Assembly (NCBI GenBank): GCA_015680685.1
Contig: MNCI01000474.1
Span: 1-64,000 of the forward strand
Origin: Gnetum montanum
Lineage: Eukaryota; Plantae; Gnetophyta
Direction of reading: 5' to 3'
Length of the DNA stretch: 64,000 nucleotides
Below the pieces are notes generated by a model, which worked only from the letters and a program-made list of their open reading frames with translations, was not told the DNA's origin and did no database searches. The stretch's first letter is position 1, and each line of letters opens with the position of its first letter. Below, piece after piece: positions 12,535 through 25,026 of this stretch. The translations under genes and the position numbers were made by a program.

Positions 12535-13068
12535 TGTCACAACATCTTGAGTTGTCACAATCGTAGACTCATGTGCAAGCGTACGTGAGTTACAATTAAT
12601 CCACAGCTGGGGTGTGGAAAGACATCTGGTACCGCTAGGCAAAGCCAAGTGTGATGCATGTGAGGGGGCTATAGCTGGAGTCATCCAGATGTAGCACATG
12701 CACACCTCTTATCATTAAAAGAGGGTAGGTGCGACGGATGCAATGGGCCTACTACTGCATTCATCCAGATGTAGCGCATGCGCACCTCTTATCATTAAAG
12801 GAAGGCAAGTGGGACGAATGCGCAAAGGGACTGCTGCTGGGTTCGCCCATGCCTTTAAATACAAAAGGCTCTGCTCACATTGGGGCATCCTCTGTACATG
12901 TTGTAACGTATTCCTTTATGAGTAAAGTTTGGAGGTTTTCTTGTAAGCGTGTTTCCTTTGAGCTTGTGCATCGTTGTTGCGTTCGTTGCGAGTAGCTGGC
13001 TAGGTGTCGGGGCACTTAGCGTTATTACCTGGTGAGAAAAATTATCCGCTGTGATTCACCCGGTGAAA
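12535..13068 (+). repeat. Chromovirus LTR copy 1
   Basis: Starts TGTCAC after PPT; TTTAAATA near 12853; followed by TGATATCAAAGC (13071-13082), a degenerate TGGTATCAGAGC Met PBS. Confidence 0.75.
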
Positions 13069-13251
13069 ATTGATATCAAAGCAAGGAGGACCTTGTTGAG
13101 TCGAAGGAGTTGACTCACAAACTACCTGTTCCAAGCAGAGGATGATAGTGAAATGGATGCCACATGGGAGCGTGGTGAGGAGTTGATTGAACTCCTACTC
13201 AAAGGGACTTCTGACAAGGATGTCAGACTACTCATCCGGTGGTGGTGGGTT

Positions 13252-13845
13252 TGTCATGACCCTTTGAGCTTTCAATGCGAAGGCTTGTGCACAGGCATGC
13301 ACGAGCTATGGTTGGTTCACACACGAGGTGTGGAAAATCATATGTTCTCTACAGATGACTTGCGAAATGAGCATGTAGCAAATGCGCTAGGTAGCTAGAG
13401 TTACCTAAACAGATGGAGCCAGAGGCGACGCATGTAAAGAGGCTGCAGCTAGACTCATCCAAATGCAGTGCATGCACATCTGTTACCGTTAGGTGCGGCG
13501 CATGCAAGGGACTACATCTAGAGATGCCCAAGCGTATCACATGCACACTTGCTATGGCTAGTTTGGGCCAAGCATATATTAGAACTACATGGGCCCTGAT
13601 CCTATGATGCTAGTAGGTATGTAGGCAGCCAAGATCGGATGTCTTAGTGCAGTGTCGATCTAGTGCGAGGCCAGACCACCCCCTCCTATGCAAGCTACAG
13701 GAGGGGGCACCAGTTACGAGAGCGTACTGGTAAGGCCGGGAATGCCTGTGCCTAAAGACAAGATGTGCGTCATTGTGAGTAGCTGGCTAGGTGTCGACGC
13801 ACTTAGCGTTATCACCTAGTTAGAAAAAAATAGCCGCTGCGATTC
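13252..13845 (+). repeat. Chromovirus LTR copy 2 (diverged U3, shared U5)
   Basis: Starts TGTCATG after a second PPT; shares GAGTAGCTGGCTAGGTGTCG...CCGCTG(T/C)GATTC with copy 1. Confidence 0.7.
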
Positions 13846-13870
13846 TCTACTCTTTTTGTTTTGTTTAGAA

Positions 13871-16800
13871 ATGGAGAGTTTTGTGTTAAAATTGGCTACG
13901 AAGCTTGCAAAGTTTGCACTTACATCAGCAACCAACAAAATTGGCCAAGAAGCTGGGCTTATCCTTGGGTTTGGGGATAGTTTTCCTTGGTTGCAAATGA
14001 GACTGGATGATCTGCACTTATATCTCATGGTTGCAGATTGAAATGGGGGAAGGCAAGAGTCCAACTTTTTGGTCAAAAAGCTGATAAGAGACCTTGAATC
14101 TGCAACACTGGAGGCTCAAGATGTCATTGATTTATGTGTCGTGAAAGGATTAGACCCAATTGCCTCCTCCTCCCATCCATGTCCTTGGGCTTCTTGTTTT
14201 AACAATTTGCTAGTTGCATGTTTTAGTACAGTGCAGTCTATAGATTCTATACCCGCTACTTATGAAACTGCTATGCAGATCAAAGAAATGAATACAATAT
14301 TAGATAAGATTGAGGAAAGAGCACGATCAATTACAAATTGTCTATAAGATACCGATGTTATTTGATGAGCATAGCAGAGACCTCATGTTTAAACATCTTC
14401 TTCCTCATTCTCAAGTGGAAGGTTGATGGTAATGTAGAGGTAGAGGCTACAATTGATACTACTCTGAAGCACTGCGATGTCCTTCCTTTATCTATTATCA
14501 TAGTTGCTAGATTATTGCATCAAAACCCTGATGAATGGGCTAAGTCCATGCAGTACCTTCCATCATCTTCTTCCACTGCTTCATAGCAAAATGAGATGAC
14601 CATAGCACCTATGTTGCTAGAAACGCAACGGATTCATAAAGTTTCACATTTTTCGTTGCGGAAATGGAATCCCAATCCCATTTCAAAATGCCATTGCCCA
14701 TGAACAGTAACCGTCACTTGCTGGGTGAAATGTTTCCAAGCCAACTGAAACGTTTTTAACAAGTTTCATTTACATTGATTTTATTTTTTAATTTTATGGT
14801 TTCAACTACTGCATCTGTCACAAATTAAATGCACATCTGCAGCACAGAATTAAATGCACGTCTGTCACAAATTAAATGCAGATTTGTGAATTGAATGTGA
14901 AATGGTAAACATGGAGGGCAAAAAATTTAGGGCCACTTCTATGATCAGGATGGCAATAAGCAACATATTCAAGTGAAGCATTTGGGGCCTGTGCTGTGAA
15001 CGCTGCTAATTCTGCTATTGCTGCGGCTACATCGCTGTGCTATGAACACTACTAATCCTGCTATTGCTGTTGCTTTTGCATTGCTCTCCACAGCCATTGC
15101 TGTGTCGCTCTCTACTAATCCTGCTATTGTTGCTGCTTTTGCATTGCTCTCCACAGCCATTGTTGTGTCGTTCTCTCCACAACATAAATCGTTCGTCAAC
15201 TTTGTGTGGTAAGTCACTGCTTCTGCAACAAGCACTCCTCCTCCCTCTTCTTAATGGGCTAAACTGCAGATTCAGAGACCATTTTTGTACATTATCTCGT
15301 CTTTCTTTACTGAAATTCTTTTCTTTGAGCGAGTTTCTTATTATAGTAAAGTTCAATCACTGCAATTCATCTGCAATTCATTTTCTGACAGAATATCAGG
15401 GTCTCATTCTTAAAGTCCATCTCTTCAAAGTTAATATAATAAGCTCATATTTGGCCTTTCTCTATTCCTAGTTCAAGGGGGCAGCAAATTCTTCTATTTG
15501 TAGATCTAATCTCAGATCTTGCTTTATGCTTGTTTATCTAAATGAAAGAGCAACAGCAGAGTCCTGCACTGTTTTCAGCTCATCTTTGAGGATTTTTTTT
15601 ATTATTAATATGTTATTATTGGTCTGAGACTCTCTGAGTGCTATTTAGAATGAAAGATTTGATTATTAATATGTTATTATTGGTCGGAGACTCTCTGAGT
15701 GGTATTTAGAATGAAAGATTTAGAATGTTGTTCACTTGTTCTGCCACTACCTTTTTGTCACTGGTATTTAGAATGAAAGATTTAGAATGTTGTTCACTTG
15801 TTATGCCACTACCTTTTTGTCACTGTAAGTTCTAGCATATTGATTACCTATGTCTAAATATTTATTTCTTAAATAAATTCTTTTACAACTTCTATCTAAG
15901 TTTACTGATCAACTTGTTTCTTTTTTCGCAACCTAATTTTTTGCGGTTTCCATTGTGTTGCCGTTACCGTCACGTTGCCCAGTTTCCGTTTCTGGTAACT
16001 ATGCATAGCACTAATGCTCAGTTTCAATGATTTAGATTACAGTATAAAATCTTGTTTTGCTATACTAGGATTATTGGTAGAGGATGAGAAGATAGATGCA
16101 GAAAATCTGATAGGCATGTGGTTGGCCAAAGGTCAAATCAGAAGTCATGAAGAAGGGATCCACATGCTCAAGCACCTATGCAATAGATGCTTGCTTGAAA
16201 TGAAGAAAACATATGCAGCTAGTCTAGAAACTGTAATAACTAGCATGATTTGGCGGTGAAATTATGCACAAAGTATGGAGGGATATCTGAAGTTTCACAT
16301 TAAAGGATGTGTTGCAGTAGGAGCTCAAGAATATCACGAATCAGCTTGTTCAAAGTTGCGCTTGGATCAAAATGAGAATCTTGGTTGGATCAAAATGAGA
16401 ATCTTTCAGAAGTTCCATCGAAAAGTCTGGCACCTGCAGTTGCTGGATATCAAGGGTACTCATATTGCAAGTTTGCCCAAATGCATCGGCAATTTCCTTC
16501 TTCTCAAGTATTTAGATATTAGGTACTCTTCCATTAAAAGATTTCAATAGTGTCTTACAAATCTCAAGATGCTGGAATATCTTTACACCAGCATTTGGCA
16601 TGATGTGTCCAATCATGATGTGCCCCAATGGATTGGAGACCTGGAACAACTGGCATTCTTTGCGGCTGAGTTAGTATGGTGGACAAAAATAGATAGAATA
16701 TCAAAATACTTAAAATGTTTGAACGTGGTGCAAATAGACGTAGGGAGCCATGATGATGATGATAACAATAATAATGAAGGTGATAGAAGAAGGCAGGAGA

Positions 16801-17270
16801 AAGGTCCAAGAAGAAGAAGGTTGTGGATAGGGGATTCTCAGTTGGAGTTTTTGGATCATACCTCCTCCCAACATTGTACACTTGACCCTGGCCATCATGA
16901 CCGAGCACTAACTTTACTGAATGAGTGGCAATGCTGTCTGCAAAGACTGCAATATTTAACAATGACGGGGATTAAATTTCCAGATATGCCTTCTTCAAAA
17001 CGGTGTTGATTCAAAGGTCATCTCTGATCTTCCTGACTCTGATGGTAATCAATGACGATACATGCGAGTCCCTTTCTGAAGAATATGGAAGGCCTGGGGC
17101 ATTTCCAAAGCTTCACGCACTTATTATTTTAAACTTTGGTGAGTTAAAGAAGATGCCAAAGATAGATTGGAGGCATGCCATGCTTAAGTGAATTGGATTT
17201 ACTGAATTGTCCAGAGTTAAGTGAATTAATGATGAAGCAGAGTTGGAGGCGACTTACAATTCCGTAAAAG
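13871..17270 (+). pseudogene. CC-NB-ARC-LRR (NLR) resistance pseudogene
   Basis: Rx-type CC with EDVID-like AQDVID; RNBS-C-like EHSRDLMFK; GLPL-like CDVLPL; RNBS-D LSFNDL..IKSCF; HDLA near 16244; LRRs (LQLLDIKGTHIASLPKCIGNFLLLKYLDIRYS). Stops, frameshifts, no P-loop, hAT insertion. Confidence 0.9.
14609..16003. mobile_element. Non-autonomous hAT DNA transposon (1395 bp)
   Basis: 8-bp TSD CATAGCAC (14601-14608, 16004-16011); imperfect TIRs CTATGTTGCTAGAAACG / CGTTTCTGGTAACTATG; removal restores NLR frame NEMTIALMLSFNDL. Confidence 0.9.
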
Positions 17271-20124
17271 TAAGTGAGTAAAGTACATTCTTGCCAAGAA
17301 GACTAAAGCCACTGTTTCATGAAATGGTTTTTATTCCATCATATCTTCAAATAGTTTAAAGTTCCTGGTGGTGTTGCGAATCTTAATCTTACACCAGTAA
17401 AATTATACAAAACGTTAATATTGGTATTGTATGTTTTATTATAAATTTATGTATTGTTTTGTTCAGAATAATGATAAAATAGTCTTCTCAAATCTTTCTC
17501 CGTTGATGGACTCTTATTCATTACCTGATACATGTTATCCTTAATGTGACATCATTTCCAGTGCATATGTATAAATTTGTTACTCTGGAGTCTCTTTTTA
17601 TGTTTTATTTTAGTGATTTTTCATATTGATTCACATCATATCAATGCTATACAAGTCCAATATTGTTGTTTCAAGTATTCGAATGTAACATCCTCTGCTT
17701 GTAAGTCGTATAATCATGGTGTTTTTTTTTTTTTACCTATTTCAGGAATTAGGTAGAATTTCTGTTACCGGATATACAATCACAATTCAAGAGCTATCTG
17801 AAGACAGAAATGATAGAATGTTATTCAAGTGTTTTATTTATCAGATAATTGCATCCTTGATGCCTTCAAAATTAAAAAATACCTCCAAAATTGTATCAGA
17901 GTGAAAACATAACTATACAAACAAAAGGCAAGAGATAAATATCATGGACAAACTTGATAATCCAGATGTATCAATTATCTAATGCCAATGAAATGAAAAT
18001 TCTGTAAACCAATGCTGCAGCACTGCAGTAGTTTGCATTTAATATGGCTTGGATTTTTTTCTGTATTACTCCTCTAAACCATGCACTAATTCATAACAAA
18101 TTCAAAAAGAAAACTGCAATAGATGGGATGGGCAAAATAGTTTTTGCTCTGCAGAACTGAATTCACGTGCTTTATTGTGAAATTCTGATGTCACAATTCC
18201 CTTATCAAAAAATTTTTTAATCACCATTAAACCAATTTTATGTTTGTTTAACATTCCTTCAAATCCTCAATGTGCTAATAGATTATTACTTGAATGATCT
18301 TTCATTCATTACATTGGTGTTGTTCAACATTGAGAGAAGCTTACATACATTATTTTTCTTTTCTATTACAAGTCAAAACACAACTCAAAGTTCTTGCTTT
18401 GCTTGCATTTTAAGTGAACAGAATCCATGATATCGAATGATCATACTGAACTTGTTAGATCAGTGTTGTGTCATTATGAATTACAGGTTGTAAGAAATAA
18501 ACACGAAATAAAAATATTCACATTTTATCTTTCAAATCTGCAATTTTAATTCTTGAACAGCTAACACAACTCCTATTGCAAAGATCCTTTTATGCAATTG
18601 ATTTTTTTGTTATTGCACTTTGAATTTGATTTCATGCAATTGATTTGTGTGGATTATCTTAGGTATTTCAAAAGAATGGGAAGGTTGAACAATAGGGGTC
18701 CTTTGTACGAGCAAGCTTTGGTATTGAATCATCAGATTAAGCTTGCTATTTTTTTAAACCATCAAAATTTTCCAGCACATCTACACAGCTGCATGATTAT
18801 TTACAATGCAACATTTTTTTAATGTGTATGTTATTGGTCTCTGTCATTTTTCAATTGAGAGTACTTTGTCCTCAAAATGATAAAGAAATACTTTATATGA
18901 CTCTAGAATTCTTGGAGTTAGACGAGAAGATCATGACAATGAAGAGGTAACAAAATAAAATGTTATGTTAAATGAAAATGCCATGAAGAGTTTCATTTTT
19001 AAAATAAGATACTGAAGATTATATTTATTTCTAAGGAAATAGAGAACAAGCTTCACTTAACTATAGAGTTTAGTTTGTTCAATGTTACAAAAAACATTTT
19101 TAAAAGGAGAGTTTTTAATTTTGAGATAAAGTTAATGAGTTTTTATAAACTTGATTGTTTATCATTGATATCTTCCCAACCTAGAGTGTTGTTTTTTTAG
19201 GGTTATATTCCTTTCATGCCTATTCCTTAAAGGCAATCCAATATTGCCACCTAACAAGAAAGCAACGCTAAATCCTTTCTTTTCTACTCAGCACTCATCA
19301 CTTGCAATTGTTAGCTTTGCAATTCTATGCTAGCATAAACTTTAAGTTACTATCATAAATACCTTAGGTCAAACCCTAAAGGTTTCTTTAAGAGACATGT
19401 CTATACAATGTGCCCTTTCATTAATAATACAATAATTACAACTCCTAGTTATGAAATGTTACCATTTAGGGTTAGGCACATGGTATTAGTGTTCCCTTAA
19501 TTAATTACTATGCAACAAGGTCTCATTACTTAATTTAAATTACTATGATATTTGTTCCTATTTTGCTAAGAGAAAGCTAGCATGAGGAGTTCAAATCAAC
19601 CATGACATATCAAAATGGTCAACACCAAAAATTTTGGTCTAAAATTATTATCATTAGGTAGACTTGTTCTACCGATTTGGTTGTGGTATTTTGCCATAAT
19701 GTTACATGTGACATGTTCATATGTGGTATTTGTAAGCTACTTTAAAGAAAAGGGCTTGTTCACGATATGTCTTGTGCAAACATGTGGTATTGTTTATCAA
19801 TGTGTCTATCCTTAAACCTTCTAGGTTCATGTTTTGAGGTCTCAAGGATTTAGAATGAATAAGTAATTACAAAGTTGAACTACAAAAAATGCACAATGTG
19901 CCATATTTGCAAGTCAACCATGGATCATGGCCAAGTTGCATTAGTGAACATGAGTTACAATCAACTCACAATATGGTTGTATCAAATTTTTCAAATCACA
20001 TTAAGATGACAACAAGTCACAATGTAACTAAGATTTTTAATTAGGGATTTGTAGGTCATGGTGTCCTCGCATTGAGAGTGCCCTCAAGATTTATTTTTAT
20101 TAATGTAATTTATATAGACTAAAG

Positions 20125-20293
20125 GATTATCATGCATCATCACACAAAGGCTCCATGCTTAGCCAAGGCGAATCTTAAAAGGTTGGTGGATAAGTGAAAT
20201 ACTAATATTTCTCAAGCAGCTGTGTCTAAGCTTGAACCTAGGTCTTAGGACCTAAGAAATAAGCATCTTACTCTCACTCCAAGTGATGGTCCC
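20125..20293 (-). mobile_element. Degenerate tRNA-derived SINE (Au-like)
   Basis: Minus-strand head AGGGACCATCACTTGGAGTGAGAGTAAG...GGTTCAAGC (A/B-box-like), about 170 bp. Confidence 0.35.
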
Positions 20294-21361
20294 TATATTT
20301 TGTATAAAATAATTTATCAAAAAAGATCATTTAAGTTTTAATTAAACTTCAAATTTTAGTTCCATTATAATACTTTGTAAAATCATTAATTAACAATTTT
20401 AAAAATATTACATATTTAACAATAACCAAAATTAATAACTTATTAGTAATTTCATCAGGTTTAATTTTCTACTTTTTATAATATAAATGATACTAGTTTC
20501 AAATCCTATTTAAATTCATCATCAAAGATACTGAATAAGAAAAAAAAAGATTATTTATATGCAGAGCTAAGGCCTATTTATTACCAAGAATATTTTATAA
20601 AATATTATATGCTAATCAATTATTTGCCTAGTTTCATTTTTGGAATTAATTTGACATCATATCATGCATGTCATGGTATTATCACATCCACACTTTGCAC
20701 AATGACTAGCAATTGTTGATGCTTAAATTTTGGATAGGCCAACACCTGTGAAAACTCATTTTAGGAGACTTATCGCCTAGGGCGCCTCCCACTAATGAAA
20801 TATTCTCACCCATATGTATAACAACTTTAATGAAAATAAAATTTGTTAATAAATTGGTAGTAAAGATACACAACCTTTCATATCTCTGTAACATCAAACT
20901 TCAAGATTTTGCAATAAAAATTTAAATCCTCAAAAATTAAACAATTTGTGATCCCCTATGCATTTTATGGAGAAATCATAATGGTGAAACTTAAATTGCT
21001 TCTCTGACTCTAGATTGACTAAAAATTTTAAAAGATTGTCGTGACTAAGTCAAAACTCATTCCTTTGGTACAATAGAGACACTGATTTCGTCACACACAA
21101 TGCCACTCCAAAGCAACAACTATTTGGAATTTAAATACATAAATAATTTTAAGTACATCAGAAAATGGCAGTGTTATCATAGATAGAAACTTATACTTGC
21201 TACTATAATACATCAGTATCTAAGGATTGCTTCGAATTATAAAACAATGAAAGTTTAAGCATTTAAAAAAAATTTAAAATTAATGCATAAAGTGATATAA
21301 TGGCCGGCAACATGTTTGGAAATGCTGGAAATATTAAATATCTCTAATGGAAAATGCCCAA

Positions 21362-22289
21362 CTATTTTGATATCGGTGTATGTCGGTGAGATGCGAGTGT
21401 GGTTGCAGCCATGGATGTGTCCGTCATGTTATTCATGACCGACCGTCCTGCTAACTTGCTACAAGCGCCTGTCGTTGCCCCGGGGTCACGTGAAACGCCC
21501 ATTTTCTGCCGCCTGCTAGCAGAAGAGAGAAGACTGCTGGAACATGCTGGAGGCGTAAACCATCCATTACTCGGACCTAATAATTTATGCATTGGTGTTG
21601 ACATCTTCAATCTACTATTAAGCCAGTTCTTTGTTTCCCCAGTAGCCTTCGGCCAAGTGGTACCTTGAACAATAAGCTTGCATTAAAATAGTTGTCTAAA
21701 ATGGTTTAACCCAATGTTTTAAAAAAATGTGAGGCATCTTGTCACACAAAATAATGCATTTTTCTTACTAAAAAACTTTTATTTATGTTCAGGTCATTAG
21801 TGTTTCATGATACATGCTTACCCTTCAGATTTTCATCTCCACTTTCACTTGCCACCTAGTCTCTAACCTTCCTATTTCGATCCAAGAAAATTTTGTGCGT
21901 TTTCTATACTTGAATGTAATATGATTCCGGTTCTGGCCAATCTATTACAAGTTGATAAAATGGAATCTGGAATCAATCCTTTAAAGTGTCCTTTACTCGT
22001 AGCTGCACTCTGACCTTAGACTAACACCCTAAGAATTATCGTTTATAAAAGAAAAGCAGTCCTGGATGGCCTATGGTGCTTTCAGCAACCAAACAACCAT
22101 TGAAAAAGCATAGCCTTCTATAGGGATCCATAAAAATCCAAAACATTCCATAGTCCCAGCAATTATAGGGCCACTATTGGAATTATTGTCCAAAACAATT
22201 ACATGATCCATTCTATCATCGAAGGTATCCTTCGTTTCTACGGTTTTTTCCCCCTCTTCATATCCCGGTTCAAAAATAGATTTCCTCAC
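21362..22289 (-). pseudogene. Last three exons of an unidentified host gene
   Basis: Exons 22289-22098, 22014-21822, 21663-21362 join in phase via GT-AG introns: ...MECFGFLWIPIEGYAFSM|VRVQLRVKDTLKD*FQIPFYQLVIDWPEPESYY...SESGDENLK|GTTWPKATGETKNWL...; three internal stops. Confidence 0.6.
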
Positions 22290-22640
22290 CTTGAAATTTA
22301 AAATATAAACAATGTCTTAAAAAATCATATAACTGTATCTCACAACAATTGCTACTTCAGGAAACCTTCCGAGAAAAAAAATACAAGGATATTGACTTAA
22401 GATCTGGACATGACCTCCGGTATCTATCTACCCGCCCAGATGTAAAAAGAAAAACATAACCGGGCACACCACTGTCTCTATTTGCAACATGAAATTTCTT
22501 CGAATATTTTCTTCAACCCAACGTAGATTTCACATAGATACACAGAATACACTTACTTAAAGAGCAAAGTGAACATAATTTAGTGATACGTTCAAACTTC
22601 AAAGGCTTCAAAAATTTCGAAGCTCAAATGCTTTGATTGA

Positions 22641-23461
22641 TTACTTATCAGCCTTCACATTTGCTTCCGATTCCTGGGATTCTTCAATAATCTCCTCAGA
22701 TGGTGGTATGTACTTATGTACTCATTAATTCCATTTATCATTGCGGACAACTTTTTTTTAGCCTCCCCATCCAGGAAATCCACTTCTTGCATTGCGTGTC
22801 TTTTCTCAGGAACATTTTGGGAACACATCACTGCAACATGCACTATTCGTTTCAGTTCTTCCCCAAATTACTTACCCTCAAGCTTTGGATCAGCCAGTTG
22901 GTCGTAATTCTTTTCCAAAACCAAAGGAAGTGCCCAATCTACTATACTGCGAGTTATTCTATTGCTGACTTTCTCAATTGGTTTTGGCCACTCACAATTT
23001 CTAGCAACAGGATCCCTAAACTGTACACATCACAACTTTCAAAAGCTTTTCCCCACATTCAGGAGCAAAGTAACCCAACGTTCCCTTAACTCTTGTGGTT
23101 ACATGAGTAGCACCTTCAGGTATAAGTTTTGCAAATCCAAAATCAAAGACCAACGCCTTGAAGTTGGAATCCACTAGTATGTTGCTGGCTTTGATGTCTC
23201 TGTGAATTATGAGGAGTCGCCTGATGGTGGAGATACCTGTCTGAATAGACATGATAGTGTATGAAAAGCATTCCAACAGTATAAGTCTATTATAAAAAAA
23301 TTACATTACTGATAAATCCCCTTACCTTTTAAAAAAAAGTCTTATCAGGAAAAGAATTAGAAGCATCTCACGGAACAATTTGACACAAATGGCAATTTTG
23401 AGGAAAAGATAATTATAAAACTTACGTCCGCAGCGCCAACTGCAATGTGCATTCGCCTCGG
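22641..23461 (-). pseudogene. Receptor-like cytoplasmic kinase 3' fragment (RLCK-XV / At3g15890 PTI1-like type)
   Basis: Exon stub RRMHIAVGAAD (23461-23426), intron, last exon from 23236: [72 protein letters not shown]; frameshifts; N-lobe missing. Confidence 0.9.
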
Positions 23462-24719
23462 CTCTGCTCTAAGGTGTCGGTGAAGATGGGACTGTTTGAC
23501 ATCAACATCACCTATGAATGGGCCTTCTCACCCTTCCATCAGGGTACCATGACACCAAACTCCCTGTACAGAATAATCTTAATGACTGCCACTACCTACA
23601 CCAGTGTTATTCCCGTTGTCACTGTAATGACCGCCTTCGATGATATAGCCAGGATGCCGCATAATTTAGACTCCGACATTTGCTGGTAATTTTTAACAAA
23701 TGTAGCTTGCTTTTTTTTTTCATCTGTTTATGTTTCAAACCCTAGTCATCCCCATACCGTCACTCGTCCTTCCCCTCCTTCCTGAGCAGTGCATGCAACC
23801 CATCGCTCTGCCATGATGTCACCTTCTTGTTCTTACCGTGCCATTCTGCTTGGCCTAGCCTCCAGCTACTGCCATTGCCCTCTGCACACCACACTGCACC
23901 ACGAAAATACTTCACCGTTCGACAATCCTCTTCCTCATGTGAGGAAACCCTCACTGTAGCCCTACTGCCATTGTTCTCCTTTTGACACTGTGCCTTGTGT
24001 GTAGGTGCCCTGCCACTGCTTGGCACTGCCACTTCACTGCCTCGTTTCCTATCACCCACCGGCCACCATCAATTGCATGCCTTATTCACTCTCTTCCACC
24101 ACGTTGGCTAGCCTTGGACCGTGCAGATCTACAAGTGCCATACTGCTACATAGCTCGTATTGGCACCACACAATCTGATGAACTCGTCGCCTCCCTCTTC
24201 CTTTCTTCATGTGGGCTGTGCATCTAGGCCATGCAGGCCCTAAAAAACACTGCACGATGTAAATCCCAGGTGTTTGTCGCCTCGTGTTTGCTAGTGAACC
24301 ATCATTTTGTGCTATGCCATGTTGTGCTCACCATCATTATGAGACTCGGGCTTTGCGAGTGACCCATTTTCATCAAAAGACTCGGTGAGTTACTCCGTAA
24401 ATTTGCAAAATAATGAAAATATATATTTCATCTTTAATATTTCTACTGTGCTTCTTTAAGTTCAATTAAAATTATTAGTCAGGTTTCTCTTTCACTGGAT
24501 ATTATTTCCAAGCTAGCCATGATTATTAGTCATGTTTCTCTTTCACTGGATATTATTTCCAAGCTAGCCATGATTATAAGCATGGTGCCCTAGGTAATAG
24601 CTTTGCCAAATCGTGTTTCTTTTGGTGCCCTAGGTAATAGCTTTGCCAAATCGTGTTTCTTTTGGGTGTTGTGCATTAGTTTGCCTCTTGGCCCAAATTT
24701 TTGCATCAACACCCCTCTC

Positions 24720-24735
24720 TAGTGCTAGAAGGAAG
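24720..24735 (+). promoter_or_regulatory. Degenerate PBS, tRNA-Asn
   Basis: TAGTGCTAGAAGGAAG resembles TGGCGCTAGAAGGAGG, the complement of the plant tRNA-Asn(GUU) 3' end. Confidence 0.65.
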
Positions 24736-25026
24736 ACCACCATTATAGTTTCCCTCAAGCAACTTTCATTACTCTGCTATCTTGGCCTAGTTTCAATTTC
24801 CTTCCTTCCTTTTCTTTTCTACTCTAATTATAAAAATTCAAAAAATGTTTTTAAAAAATCACCTTTGTTATTAACTTAGTTTATGGTTGGACCTAGTTAA
24901 ACTCTTAGGCCTTGAATGAGGAAAACAACAAGACAAAACTTCATAGCCAACAATTTTGCATGTCATATTCCTACAAGACTTAGATTTAAGCCCTCACATT
25001 CCTCCAACATGGCAAAACTTGCTGCC

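Larger units (their letters stand above)
10425..13845 (+). mobile_element. Galadriel-like chromovirus remnant: gag-protease-chromodomain, no RT/RH, followed by LTR-short internal-LTR
   Basis: Gag, protease, chromodomain, PPT, LTR 12535-13068, degenerate Met PBS, second LTR 13252-13845; no 5' LTR visible. Confidence 0.85.
20714..24711 (+). repeat. Putative 4-kb 5' LTR of E4 containing host gene fragments
   Basis: Inverted termini TGTTGATGCTTAAATTTTGG ... CCAAATTTTTGCATCAACA; first ~75 bp match solo LTR start at 33596; followed by a PBS. Confidence 0.6.

Noticed and set aside
14969-15471. Overlapping Ala/Leu-rich ORFs on both strands
   Set aside because: Products of tandem repeats inside the hAT element.
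24471-24664. ~51-bp and 40-bp tandem duplications, one starting with PBS-like TGGTGCCC
   Set aside because: Simple slippage duplications in U5; the supported PBS follows the CA at 24711.
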